Positions 42,615-53,092 of a DNA stretch of 64,000 nt are shown here, piece after piece. The stretch is taken from the NCBI GenBank assembly GCA_965237525.1, contig CBDEFO010000008.1:1216001-1280000 (forward strand). Direction: 5' to 3'. Under the pieces are notes generated by a model. That model was not told where the DNA came from. It did not search any database and saw only the letters and a list, made by a program, of their open reading frames with translations. Within the stretch, counting starts at the first letter, position 1. Every line of letters starts with the position of its first letter. The stretch comes from Candidatus Latescibacterota bacterium. Lineage in GTDB: Bacteria; Latescibacterota; CBDEFO01. Made by a program: the position numbers and the translations under genes.

Positions 42615-42794
42615 CTTAAGCTCCCCCAGAGTCCCCGATAGGTTCAATCGGGGATACGTTAAATTAAGGAGGTGAGGCTTCCTACATCCCATCTGTCCAG
42701 CGTTTTTTCAGTCAACAAAAATGCGGTTTTCTTACGGAGTGGTAGCACACTGAGTGCACGTTGCACCACTTAACATTACTGTTTTCAAGGGAGG

Positions 42795-43397
42795 GTGAAG
42801 TCTATTATGTTACGTAAATTTTCGATCCTAGCGTCTTTTGCTGCAGTCCTTTTTGTTGTGGGGTGTGGTAAGGAACCTGCTGAGGACATAAATTCTGCCA
42901 GGTCAGCTGTAGATTCTGCGCGCGCTACAGACGCCCAGACTTATGCGTCTGAGGAATTCAACGATCTTGAGGCTTCTTTAAATGCCGCCCTAGCCGAGGT
43001 GAACACCCAGAATGAAAAGTTCTTAAAAAACTACGACAAGGCAAAAGGGATGCTTGCCTCGGTAACGGAAAATGCCGCTCAGGTCGAGTCTATAGCAAAA
43101 GAAAGCAAAGCCGCTGCCAAATCCGCAGCCGAAGAAATGCGATCACTGGCTGTCACTGCAATAGACAATGCCAAAGCAGCTGTAGGCAAAGCTCCAGTCG
43201 GTAAGGGCACCAGGGCGGACATAGAACTGTTCTGGTCCGACATAAGCGACATAGAACTGTCTCTTGCCGAAGTCAGGATGTCTATCTCGAATGAGGATTT
43301 CTTCGGGGCCTCTTCCAAAGCCAAAGTGATAAGGGATAGAGCCGATGCACTCGTAGAAGAGATAAATGCCGCTTTGGAGAAATACCCTAACAGGTAG
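42795..43397 (+). CDS. Helical lipoprotein (DUF4398-like)
   Basis: Lipobox VVGC, Ala-rich helices. Confidence 0.6.
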   Translation: MKSIMLRKFSILASFAAVLFVVGCGKEPAEDINSARSAVDSARATDAQTYASEEFNDLEASLNAALAEVNTQNEKFLKNYDKAKGMLASVTENAAQVESIAKESKAAAKSAAEEMRSLAVTAIDNAKAAVGKAPVGKGTRADIELFWSDISDIELSLAEVRMSISNEDFFGASSKAKVIRDRADALVEEINAALEKYPNR

Positions 43398-43444
43398 CAG
43401 ACAGCATACAGGGGCGTGAGGTAGCCCTGTCTGTTGTATCTTGT

Positions 43445-44293
43445 TTGAGGATTGGGATGTCGCAAGACACAGAGGCTCTCGAATTAGATGAAACATGGGG
43501 GGCCTTGAAAAAACGAGTTGATGGGCAGGCTATCCTCTTTGGAAGTCTTAGAAGGTGGCTCTTCTTAGCCCTCGCAGCCAATTTAATCTCTTTAATCTTT
43601 ATCGTTCTTCTCTTTTTCAAACCCTCAGCGACTACAGAGGAGGTAGTTCAGGCGAAACATAACGCAGTAGATAAGAATGATGAAGGTGTCGAATCCCCCC
43701 CGAAGCTTTACGGCTACGTCTCCCCGATCCTTGGGGCACTACCTGTACCGTTTGACGATAATCTCGTTGTGGGTGCAGAAAGACCTTACAGGGGAGGGAT
43801 ACACCAGGGAATAGACATATTCTACTACGATAAGCCTCACAAAAGAAAAGTCGCATTCGGAGACCCTGTAGTGGCCATGACCGACGCCGTAGTAGTCAGA
43901 GCGGACAGAGATTACAGGGAACGTGATGGAAAAGATCGGGAGACGCTCCTTCTGGCAGCAAAGATACTGGGAGGTAAGGCGGGGGATATCCTGGATGCAC
44001 TCAGGGGCAGACAGGTGTGGCTTCAGAGCTACGACGGTGTGATAATAAGGTACGCTCACCTTGCAACGGTCGCGGACAAAATAGTAGAGGGCAAAAGGGT
44101 ACAGAAGGGGAGATTTATAGGCTTTGTGGGAAATTCCGGAACTTCAGAAGGCGTATTGGACACCCAGAGTGGCGTGCATCTGCACTACGAAATTTGGCCC
44201 AACGGACACGATTACCTGGGAGAAGGTCTCCCAATAGAAGAAGCCAGACGGCTTTACCACAGACTCTTTGAACCGTACGACGATTTGCCCTAG
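43445..44293 (+). CDS. M23 family metallopeptidase
   Basis: HQGID, YAHL and HLHYE motifs. Confidence 0.9.
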   Translation: MRIGMSQDTEALELDETWGALKKRVDGQAILFGSLRRWLFLALAANLISLIFIVLLFFKPSATTEEVVQAKHNAVDKNDEGVESPPKLYGYVSPILGALPVPFDDNLVVGAERPYRGGIHQGIDIFYYDKPHKRKVAFGDPVVAMTDAVVVRADRDYRERDGKDRETLLLAAKILGGKAGDILDALRGRQVWLQSYDGVIIRYAHLATVADKIVEGKRVQKGRFIGFVGNSGTSEGVLDTQSGVHLHYEIWPNGHDYLGEGLPIEEARRLYHRLFEPYDDLP

Positions 44294-44419
44294 GTGTCTG
44301 TTTTCGTATCGGTTTATGGGAGAACTGTTTGAAAAAAAGGGGTGGGGTAACCTTTCCCCTACATTTAGTGGCGTACAGATAACCATACCAAGGAGGCGAC
44401 TATTAAGGCAATAGCAAAA

Positions 44420-45067
44420 TTGGCCCTCTTGATCGTTGTCTTTCCCATAGTGGTTGGCATTGACTTTTACCCTTTAAGGCAAACTATCCAGAAGCTGAGT
44501 AAGGATGTAATCTATCAGATGGATAGGGGACAACTGCTCAAAGCTATGCGGGATCTGGAGTGGGACATCCTCAAGATAGAGGGGGAAAACAGAGAGCTGG
44601 AAGAAAGCATAGAAAAACTATCTCCCGATGAGAGATATATAGTTGTAGATACGAACCGCGGTCGGTTACTCCTAAAGCAGGGCAACACGATTTTAAGGGA
44701 GACCATCTGTTCTACAGGAAGCGGCGCGGAGTTGGAGGGACCAGAGGGGCAAAAATGGATCTTTAATACCCCTAAGGGCACCTTTGAGGTGTTGGGGAAA
44801 TACAAAGACCCCATCTGGACAAAGCCGGACTGGGCGTTTGTGGAGGAGGATGAGCCTATCCCTCCGACGCTTTCGCCGGAGCGAGTGAAGGAGGCTGTTT
44901 TGGGCAGATATGCCCTACACTTCGGAGATGGGTACTTTATCCACGGGACGCTCTACACGAGGCTTTTGGGCGAAAACGTGACGCACGGATGTGTCAGATT
45001 GGGCGACGACGACCTTGAGATTGTCTATGATGCCTCACTAGTGGGGACGAAGATATATATCTTTTAA
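44420..45067 (+). CDS. L,D-transpeptidase (YkuD)
   Basis: YFIHGT..THGCVRL. Confidence 0.9.
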   Translation: MALLIVVFPIVVGIDFYPLRQTIQKLSKDVIYQMDRGQLLKAMRDLEWDILKIEGENRELEESIEKLSPDERYIVVDTNRGRLLLKQGNTILRETICSTGSGAELEGPEGQKWIFNTPKGTFEVLGKYKDPIWTKPDWAFVEEDEPIPPTLSPERVKEAVLGRYALHFGDGYFIHGTLYTRLLGENVTHGCVRLGDDDLEIVYDASLVGTKIYIF

Positions 45068-45267
45068 CAGCAGACAGCACACCCTCGTCCCATCCCTTGA
45101 GATTCCCTCACTTCCCGATCCCCGATAGATTCAATCGGGGATTCAGTCGGGTACTCATAATGACAGTTCTATCATCCTCGGTGTCATTGCGAGGGGCTTT
45201 AGCCCCAAAGTAATCTCCGAAGAGGGGAGGCCGTGCTTCTGTATACTAACTACTGTCTACTAATAAA

Positions 45268-46008
45268 ATGTCAGCGCCTCTTAAATGGGTTGTAGGCTCA
45301 GTTTTGATCGCTTCCGTTTTGTTATTTATATCGGATGTGAATTTGAAGCGATACAGGGAGGATATATACAGTCTAAGGAAAGTCTACAGATCTCTTGAAA
45401 GACAGAAGCTGTCACTGGAAAAAAGGAGCAGGCTCTTAGAGTCAGAGTTAGAATTGGCTTCGTCAGGGTCGCCCTATCTAGTAATTGACACTCTATCTGA
45501 GAAATTGAAATTAAAGCTGCAAGGTGCCGTCCTCATCGAATGGTATGCCCTATCCATGCAGGTTGAGAGCAGGTTACAAGAGGGAGCAGAGCTACCAACC
45601 GAGCGGCTTTTCATATTACAAGGCAAAGAGGTCGGTGCTGCTCCAGAACAGATCTTGGAAGAACTGGATGCGGACACATTAAGTTCGGCTCTTCAGGAAT
45701 TGAAAGTCGAGTCCTCCACAGTGCAAACACCGACTTCATATATCCTCTACTTTGATCACGAACTGAAGGTCTACCTAAGATCTGACGGCACGATACCGTT
45801 GGAGGCGACAAAGGCCAAACTCCAATTGATCGATAGGATGGTGGACATAAACCACTTTATAAGGAATTCGTTCTGGGAATCCTTGTCTTTTTATCCTCCT
45901 GCCAGGGACCGCCTCCCCCATCGGATATATATAACGCTCGACGAAAATGACCTAAGAGCCGTTTTCCGTTCGATTTCGATTGGAATCGAGGCAGTAGTCT
46001 ATATGTAG
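45268..46008 (+). CDS. Membrane-anchored protein resembling a catalytically dead L,D-transpeptidase
   Basis: TM plus coiled coil, YLVIDT..LKLK and C-terminal ITLDENDL..GIEAVVY parallel the upstream YkuD; no HGC motif. Confidence 0.5.
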   Translation: MSAPLKWVVGSVLIASVLLFISDVNLKRYREDIYSLRKVYRSLERQKLSLEKRSRLLESELELASSGSPYLVIDTLSEKLKLKLQGAVLIEWYALSMQVESRLQEGAELPTERLFILQGKEVGAAPEQILEELDADTLSSALQELKVESSTVQTPTSYILYFDHELKVYLRSDGTIPLEATKAKLQLIDRMVDINHFIRNSFWESLSFYPPARDRLPHRIYITLDENDLRAVFRSISIGIEAVVYM

Positions 46009-46236
46009 ATAAAACAGGAGAACTTAGTTACAATAGCTGATCTGGACACCCCTGTCTTGACTGTGGATCTGGATACATTAGAACATAACATAAGAAATGC
46101 AGCGGAGTCCTGCCGCAAACACGACATCGATATGAGAGCCCACATAAAGACTCATAAGATCCCTGAGATCGCTCATAAGCAGGTAGAAACAGGGCGATAG
46201 GTATAGTCTGCCAGAAGTTGGGTGAGGCTGATGTTA
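45805..46236 (+). repeat. ~430-bp diverged direct repeat, copy A
   Basis: Matches 49534-49966 (3' end of ORF 45268 plus 5' end of the PLP aldolase gene). Confidence 0.9.
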
Positions 46237-46790
46237 CCCAGGCCATGGAGCTGCCCGCAAAAGCCATCGATTATCTCGGCGGATTGGACGTCCTGCTCAA
46301 CAATGGCGGCATCACCAGGAATCGTCCCTTCCTCAAGGTCGACCCCGAACAGTATGACACCCTTTACAATGTTAACGTCCGGGCCATGTTCTTTGTCACC
46401 CAGGCTGCTGTTCCAACCATGATCAAGCAGGGCAAAGGAGCGGTGATAAATATTACCTCCGCGCACGCCTTTGTCGGAGCCACTGAACACTCTGTCTATG
46501 CCGGCACCCGGGCCGCGGTAGTCGGTTATACGCGAACACTATCAATCGAGTTGATCCAAAAAAGGCGTCCGCGCAAATACTGTCGCTCCGGATGGGTCCT
46601 CCAGGAGAATCAGCGAGCCATGTTACCCGACGATTTTGATGAGAAGAAAGCCGGACTGACTCTACCGGCTGGCTTTACTGGCCAGCCAGTGATTTGTGAT
46701 GGTGGGGAAACCTCCCTTATGGCTACAATGGGAGATTTCCGCCAGCCGATGAAAGAGGTTTTCGGCGAAGGCTACGTTCCCGGCCTCTGA
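46218..46790 (+). pseudogene. SDR oxidoreductase fragment
   Basis: LDVLLNNGG and YAGTR; lacks the N-terminal Rossmann motif; degenerate C-terminus. Confidence 0.75.
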
Positions 46791-46876
46791 GCCGTACATC
46801 CGACTTAAAAAGACAGTAAGTTCTATGTGGATGACGGAAAACGAAAAGAGCAGAAAAATGCACAGGAGATTCTATT

Positions 46877-47824
46877 GTGGCATTAAGATATACAGTAGTA
46901 TGCGATACCCTTTCATTTTTAGGTTATGATTTGCTTGAAGAACCGAAAGAGATCCTCCAGACAATAAAGAATGCGGGCTATGACGGAGCGGATCTGCCCG
47001 GCGATCCCAACAGGGCCAACGGCAAAGAGTTGAGAAACCTTGTAGATTCGATCGGTTTAGAGGTGCCGGAAGTATTGGGTGCCTGGGCTTATTTTCATGG
47101 TGGAGAAGACAGAGATTTAGCCGGAGATGATGAAGAGGCCAGGCAACGGGGTATTAACTATGCAAACAAAACGCTTGATTACTCTGTACAGGTTGGGGCG
47201 AGGTTTTTTTCAATCTGTGCGGCACAACCTCCAATTTATCAGGTTCCTTTCCCCAAACTGCCCATACAGACTCTGCGACAGAATTTTATGAATGCTCTAA
47301 AGGAGATATGTCAACATGCCAATAAATGCGGCCTCACCATACTTTTGGAGCCTTTGAATTGTTATGAGGCTTATCCTGGTGTACTAACAACTGTTTATGA
47401 AGCTCTAAGTATCATCAAAGAGATGGGAGTGGATAATATAGGAATTCAGCCTGACGTTTTTCATATGAACGTAGGTGAGGCATCAATTGCTGATTCAATA
47501 AGAACCGCGGGTAAGTCTGTTAGGCATGTGCATATTAATGAAACCAACCACCGAGAGCTTGGCACAGGCCATGCCGATTACACAGCTATGATAAAGGCAC
47601 TCAGAGATATTAACTACGATGGTTATCTGGCTGTCTACATGCCGTATACAACCCAGGAAATATTTAACCTGGTCGGGTTTGGTTACGGCCAAACGGATGG
47701 TTCAGGTAGCAACGAGAAGGTGAAAAAAACCGATTTAAAAGCCTATCTGGAAAAACCACTTAAATATCTCAAAGAAATAGAGAGTGTTGTGGAAATGGGA
47801 AGCAAAATCTATACGACGAATTAG
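46877..47824 (+). CDS. Sugar phosphate isomerase/epimerase (D-tagatose 3-epimerase-like)
   Basis: LEPLNCYE, DVFHMN and HVHINETN motifs. Confidence 0.85.
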   Translation: MALRYTVVCDTLSFLGYDLLEEPKEILQTIKNAGYDGADLPGDPNRANGKELRNLVDSIGLEVPEVLGAWAYFHGGEDRDLAGDDEEARQRGINYANKTLDYSVQVGARFFSICAAQPPIYQVPFPKLPIQTLRQNFMNALKEICQHANKCGLTILLEPLNCYEAYPGVLTTVYEALSIIKEMGVDNIGIQPDVFHMNVGEASIADSIRTAGKSVRHVHINETNHRELGTGHADYTAMIKALRDINYDGYLAVYMPYTTQEIFNLVGFGYGQTDGSGSNEKVKKTDLKAYLEKPLKYLKEIESVVEMGSKIYTTN

Positions 47825-47871
47825 CAGGACGATATCCAGCACAAAGATTTTACTTTAACAGAGCAAGGAGA

Positions 47872-48332
47872 GTGATCGAACCAACCTATTCACATGGGCG
47901 GGAAGGAAAACTTTGCTACTTCATGGAACCACTGAGTCTGTTGGCGATTGCAGAAATGTGTCACAAATACGATGTTCCGTATCTTCGCCATAGCGACGGT
48001 AACATCACTGCTATAGAAAGATCTTGTTTGCTTGAGTCTGGTATTGATGGCTGGCATGCACTTGAACCCTGCGCCGGACTGGATATATGTTATTTTAAGG
48101 ACAAATACGGAGATCAAATAACTCTGGCTGGAAATATTGACTGTAGCGGAGCTTTACAGCATGGGACTTCTGATGAGATTCGTGAGGAGGTGCGCAATAA
48201 GATCCAGCATTGCGCCCCCGGGGGCGGCTATATAGCGTCTTAAAGTAATTCTGTACATTCGGGGATACCAGGCCGTAACTACGCATAATGCGTGAGGCAG
48301 TGGAGGAATTTGGTTATTACCCGATAAATTAA
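47872..48332 (+). pseudogene. Uroporphyrinogen decarboxylase/methyltransferase family C-terminal fragment
   Basis: HSDGN..GNIDC..APGGGYIAS*SNSVH; internal TAA at 48241 and a later frameshift. Confidence 0.8.
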
Positions 48333-48388
48333 GATCAAAGGGTATCTGAGCATTTAAGGGGAGCTTATTCTACTTTGAAAGGTTTTGA

Positions 48389-49189
48389 ATGAGTGCAAGA
48401 ACAGAAAAGTTGCGTAAGAAACTGTCGGATGGACAATTTGTTTCATGGATATGGATAGATTTAGCTTCCTCAATGTCTGCTGAAATAATAGCTGGCACAG
48501 GATTCGACTGGATAGTTGTTGATGCGGAACATGCCCCCTTCAATCCCGAGTCTCTTTTGCATATCTTGATGGCTTTCAATGCTTCTGATACGGTGCCTCT
48601 GATTCGAGTTCCTTGGAATGATCACGTAATGATTAAGCAAGCATTGGATATGGGATATGAAGGTGTGATTATCCCTCAAGTTAATAGAGCCGAAGAAGCC
48701 CAAATGGCAGTCTCCGCCTGCAGGTATCCACCTGTGGGAAAGCGAGGTTTCGGGCCGATGAGACCAGCAGGTTACTGGCGCGATGGAGGTAAATATGCGA
48801 AACAGGCCAACGATTCTATCATTTGCGCAGTCCAAATTGAAGATATCAATGCTGTAGATGAGATTGATGATATTGTAGAAACCCCAGGCCTCGATTGGAT
48901 ACTAATCGGCCGTTATGATATGGCTGGTTCCATGAGACTCTCTGATAATTTGTGTAATGATGTAGATAATCCACAACTTTGGAAAGGTATCAAGAAGATT
49001 CTACGCACAGCAGAAAAAGCTGGTATACCTTGCGGATGTCCACTGGGCGGTCCTGATGCAATCAAGAGAACTGTAGATGCCGGCGGCCAGCTTATATGCC
49101 TCGGCCGCGATACTACGTACCTGCAGGGTGCGGCAGATAACGCTCTAAAGGTGTTCAATGATAAACTTGGAAACAAGAGTTTTAAATAG
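48389..49189 (+). CDS. HpcH/HpaI aldolase
   Basis: DAEHAP, RYPPVGKRG and VQIED motifs. Confidence 0.9.
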   Translation: MSARTEKLRKKLSDGQFVSWIWIDLASSMSAEIIAGTGFDWIVVDAEHAPFNPESLLHILMAFNASDTVPLIRVPWNDHVMIKQALDMGYEGVIIPQVNRAEEAQMAVSACRYPPVGKRGFGPMRPAGYWRDGGKYAKQANDSIICAVQIEDINAVDEIDDIVETPGLDWILIGRYDMAGSMRLSDNLCNDVDNPQLWKGIKKILRTAEKAGIPCGCPLGGPDAIKRTVDAGGQLICLGRDTTYLQGAADNALKVFNDKLGNKSFK

Positions 49190-49313
49190 GGGCTTCCCAA
49201 TTAATGGAGCTCCTGACACAGGGTGACTTAGCGTTGACTGATTTCACCAATTGATTTTGTTAAGATAGACAAGAATTATAGTTAAAGAGGTCAAAAGCAC
49301 CCTGAAAAACTCA

Positions 49314-49533
49314 ATGTCTAGAAGACTGTTTTCAGACGACAAATTAGAGCGTATATACAACGCTGCAGTCAAAGTTCTGGAACAGATGGGCATGCGCGTC
49401 CATAACCGTCAATGCCTAGAAGCCCTGGAAAAATTCGGCGCCAGGTTGCATTACCCGGCCCAGTGCGCCTTCTTCCCGCCGGAAGTGGTAAATCGGTGCT
49501 GGAAATTGTCAAGGCAGACTATACCGGATGGGA
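49314..49533 (+). pseudogene. Trimethylamine methyltransferase (MttB family) N-terminal fragment
   Basis: FSDDKLERIYNAAVKVLEQMGMRV..GA..FPPEVV; cut by repeat copy B. Confidence 0.65.
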
Positions 49534-49966
49534 GCGACAAAGTCCAGACGCCAATTGATGGATAGGATGGTGGATATAAGCCGGTTTATAAAGAATTCGT
49601 TCTGGCAATCCTTGTCTTTTTATCCTCCTGCGAGGGACCGCCTTCCCCATCGGATATATATAACACTCGACGAAAATGACCTGAAACCCGTTTTCCGTTC
49701 GATTTCGATTGGAATCGAGACAGTAGTCTACATGTAGATAGAACAGGAGAACTCAATGACCGTAGATGATCTGGACACCCCTGCCTTGACTGTGGATCTG
49801 GCTATTCTAGAAAAGAACATAAGAAATGCAGCGGACTCCTGCCGCAAACACGACATCAATATGAGAGCCCACATAAAGACTCATAAGATCCCCGAGATCG
49901 CACACATGCAGTTGGAGGCTGGGGCGATAGGTATAGTCTGCCAGAAGCTGGGTGAGGCTGAGGTTA
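49534..49966 (+). repeat. ~430-bp diverged direct repeat, copy B
   Basis: Matches 45805-46236. Confidence 0.9.
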
Positions 49967-50796
49967 TGTGCGCCGCTGGGATCAGGGACATTTTAATCCC
50001 CTACAATATCGTAGGTAAAGGGAAACTGGAGCGATTGACAAGATTGGTACGAAGGGCTATCGTAACTGTGGCTGTGGACTCGGAGGATGCTGCCCTGGGT
50101 ATTTCAAAGCAGGCTCAAGAGGACGACTGCAAAGTCCGAGTCATCATCGAATTAGACACGGGAGGGAAGAGGTGCGGTGTTCAGTCTCCTGAGGAGGCTT
50201 TAGAGCTCGCAAAGAAGATTGTAAAGATGCCCGGTCTCGATTTCCAGGGGATTATGACCTATCCGAGCAGAATCGAGGCTGGACCCTTTATAAAAAGGAC
50301 TTTGGAGCTCGTAGAAGGTAAGGACATCCCCGTCAATATCATCAGCGGAGGTGGAACGGGAACAGAGGCGGTGTCCAAGGAGATAGGCTGCACAGAGACC
50401 CGCATGGGATCCTACGCCTTTGAGGGTATGACAAGGGTGGGACACGGCACACTGAACCCGGAAACGTGTGCTATGCGCATGATCGTGACGGTGGTGAGCA
50501 CTCCGGCTCCCGACAGGATTATAATTGACGGCGGCCAGAAGACCTTCACAAGTTATCCTCCCACCCCTTACGGCTATGTGATGGAGCATCCTGAGCTTGA
50601 GATATACGCTATGTCTGCGGAGCACGGACACGTGAACACCAGCAACTGCACTCACAGCTTTAAAGTGGGCGAAAGGCTCGCTGTAATACCGACTCATCAG
50701 GGGATGACTACAAATCTGCACGATGAGGTGGTAGGCGTCGGGAACGGCAAGGTCGAAGTCATATGGAAGGTCGCAGCCAGAGGAAAAGGAAGATGA
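49756..50796 (+). CDS. Fold-type III PLP enzyme (D-threonine aldolase/DSD1 family)
   Basis: LDTPAL, RAHIKTHK, GGGT and SAEHG motifs. Confidence 0.88.
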   Translation: MTVDDLDTPALTVDLAILEKNIRNAADSCRKHDINMRAHIKTHKIPEIAHMQLEAGAIGIVCQKLGEAEVMCAAGIRDILIPYNIVGKGKLERLTRLVRRAIVTVAVDSEDAALGISKQAQEDDCKVRVIIELDTGGKRCGVQSPEEALELAKKIVKMPGLDFQGIMTYPSRIEAGPFIKRTLELVEGKDIPVNIISGGGTGTEAVSKEIGCTETRMGSYAFEGMTRVGHGTLNPETCAMRMIVTVVSTPAPDRIIIDGGQKTFTSYPPTPYGYVMEHPELEIYAMSAEHGHVNTSNCTHSFKVGERLAVIPTHQGMTTNLHDEVVGVGNGKVEVIWKVAARGKGR

Positions 50797-51656
50797 GAAA
50801 ACTGTATTTACTTGGCACAGGCACTCCAACTCCCACAAAGTCTCGGTTCGGGACCTCATTTGTCTTACAATTAGACGAGGACTGCATAATGTTCGACTGT
50901 GGTCCAGCCGCCACCTATAAGCTCGTTAAAGCCGGTCTGTTCCCGACACAGATAGATTATCTCTTTTTCACCCATCACCACTTTGACCATAATTCCGATT
51001 ATCCGTGCTTCCTGCTGTGCCGCTGGGACCAAAGTACAGGTAAAGAAAATAGGTTACAGGTCTTGGGACCTCCTCCTACGGAATGGATCACCGAGCGCAT
51101 CATCGGGGCAGATGGAGCGTTCTCCCACGATTGGAAGGCGCGTGTGGGAGCACCAGCCAGCCAGAGAGTACATGTAAATCGCGGCGGCTCGTTACCGCGC
51201 CCTGAGCCTTCTTTGGACGTCAGCGATGTGGGTCCTGGAAGAGTGATGCAGCATGATAGTTGGAGGGTAACTGCCGCGCACGCCCATCATTTTGAGCCCT
51301 GGCTCGAATCACTCGCCTACCGCGTCGATACAGATGAAGGCTGTATCGTCTTTGCCAGCGATACAGGCCCCTGCGAGTCGGTAAGTAAGCTGGCCCGCGG
51401 CGCTGATGTCCTTATAGCCAACTGTTGGGATCACCAGGAGACTATGGAGGAAAACGGGGAAGCACCAGGTCAGACAGGGACCCTCGATGCGGCTAAATTG
51501 GCGGAGGAGTCAGGTGCCAAGAAGCTGATCCTCGCGCACACTGGACCACATCTTGCAGCCCCGGGCTCAAGAGAAAGGGGTATAGGAGATATCGCACGTA
51601 TCTACGGTGGCGAAATCATCTTCGGTGAGGAATTGATGAGCCTTGAACTCTGGTAG
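50793..51656 (+). CDS. Metallo-beta-lactamase fold hydrolase (RNase Z/arylsulfatase-like)
   Basis: LLGTGTP, FDCG and THHHFDH motifs. Confidence 0.85.
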   Translation: MRKLYLLGTGTPTPTKSRFGTSFVLQLDEDCIMFDCGPAATYKLVKAGLFPTQIDYLFFTHHHFDHNSDYPCFLLCRWDQSTGKENRLQVLGPPPTEWITERIIGADGAFSHDWKARVGAPASQRVHVNRGGSLPRPEPSLDVSDVGPGRVMQHDSWRVTAAHAHHFEPWLESLAYRVDTDEGCIVFASDTGPCESVSKLARGADVLIANCWDHQETMEENGEAPGQTGTLDAAKLAEESGAKKLILAHTGPHLAAPGSRERGIGDIARIYGGEIIFGEELMSLELW

Positions 51657-51675
51657 CCAAACGAGTAGATAGAAT

Positions 51676-51810
51676 GTAGGGGCGAGGCCTGCCCCCGAAA
51701 GGTTGAATCGGGGGTCCACTCGCCCTTTCAGCAGGCATATGTAGGGGCGAACCCATGTGTTCGCCCGATTTATCCGTATCTAGAGGGCAGACACGCGGGT
51801 CTGCCTCTAC
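51676..51810. repeat. Cluster of three GTAG REP hairpins
   Basis: gtaggggcgagg..; gtaggggcgaacccatgtgttcgccc; gggcagacacgcgggtctgcctctac. Confidence 0.8.
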
Positions 51811-51967
51811 GAGAACACAGCGTGAAGAGAGGATGTGCCCCTGTCTACCTAATTTAGCTGTAGAAACTTAGGATTATCATGAGCAACGTCGTCGAGTACT
51901 ATAGGGGGCTCCCCTCTGATGAGTGGAAGTGTCTGGTGGAGAGTTGAGCTAGAAGGAGCAGATAATC

Positions 51968-52436
51968 ATGCCCGTACGCGAATTACGAGAGTTTCTGGAC
52001 AGCAATGCAATAAAATACGTGACCATCAGTGACTCTGAAGCCTACACCGCTCAGGAGATTGCAGCATCCGCACACATTCCGGGAAAGGAGTTGGCCAAGG
52101 TAGTTTATGGTTAAGATCGATGGCAAAATGGCACAGGCGGTCTTACCAGCGTCCCTTAGGGTCGATGTGGACCGGTTAAAGCAAGCTTCCTGAGCGAAAA
52201 CAGTTGATGTTGCCACGGAACAAGACTTTGCACACATGTTTCCAGAGTGCGAAGTCGGTGCTATGCCACCATTTGGAAATCTTTACGGAATGGAAGTTTT
52301 TGTGGCGGAGAGTCTGGCCGAAGATGAGGAGATTGACTTTCACGCAGGTTCCCACACCGAATTGATCCGGTTGTCGTACAAGGATTTTGAAAGGTTAGTC
52401 GAGCCAAAGGTATCTGATTTCTCATCGAAGAACTAA
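51968..52436 (+). pseudogene. YbaK/EbsC aminoacyl-tRNA deacylase, disrupted
   Basis: [13 protein letters not shown], +1 frameshift at about 52105, TGA at 52191, then FPECEVGAMPPFG. Confidence 0.88.
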
Positions 52437-52672
52437 ATAAGTAGCCAGCAGTCATCAGACAGATGAAATTGCCTCGGGGTTTTACCCGCCGCGATGACTG
52501 AGAAGACCGCTGAAGTACTAAACGACACATATGAACCGTCGTTGCGAGTGCCCGATTGAATCTATCGGGGATCGGGGAAGCTCAGCGTGAAGCCACGGGT
52601 CAGCGAAACAAGCTTGAAGATAGTGCACTTCTGCAAGAGAGAACTACCCAAGGGAGAACTACCAAGAAAGAG

Positions 52673-53092
52673 ATGAAGCCGGTGAGGATGGAGAACGCTA
52701 GGGACAGAAGAATAAGGATACTCTTGGCCAAGGTTGGCTTGGACGGCCACGACAGAGGAGTGAAAATCGTCGCAAGGGCTCTGAGAGATGCGGGTATGGA
52801 GGTCATCTATACGGGGCTGCATCGGACAGCGGAGGAGGTCGTAGAGAGCGCTATTCAGGAGGATGTGAACATTATCGGAATAAGCGTCCTTTCGGGTGCT
52901 CATATGACTATCTTCCCAAGGGTATTGTCTCTTTTGAAAGAAAGGCAAGCTGACGACATCCTGGTGATAGGGGGCGGGACGATACTGCCCGAGGACAGGG
53001 AGGCCCTAAAAAAGCAGGGTGTGGCCGAGATATGGAGTCCCGGAACGCATACGGGCGAGATCATAGAGTATATCAGAAAGGCCCTCTCGTAA
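52673..53092 (+). CDS. Methylmalonyl-CoA mutase-type cobalamin-binding subunit
   Basis: [17 protein letters not shown] and GGG motifs. Confidence 0.92.
   Translation: MKPVRMENARDRRIRILLAKVGLDGHDRGVKIVARALRDAGMEVIYTGLHRTAEEVVESAIQEDVNIIGISVLSGAHMTIFPRVLSLLKERQADDILVIGGGTILPEDREALKKQGVAEIWSPGTHTGEIIEYIRKALS

Noticed and set aside
338..52193. Stop-codon reassignment or readthrough (Pyl/Sec/alternative code) explaining in-frame stops
   Set aside because: The internal stops are of all three types (TAG 338, TAA 7022 and 48241, TGA 52191), mostly co-occur with frameshifts, and all three codons end intact genes.
52440..52670. Cobalamin riboswitch upstream of the B12-binding subunit
   Set aside because: No convincing B12-box arrangement; the structure is explained by REP-like repeats and the micro-element.
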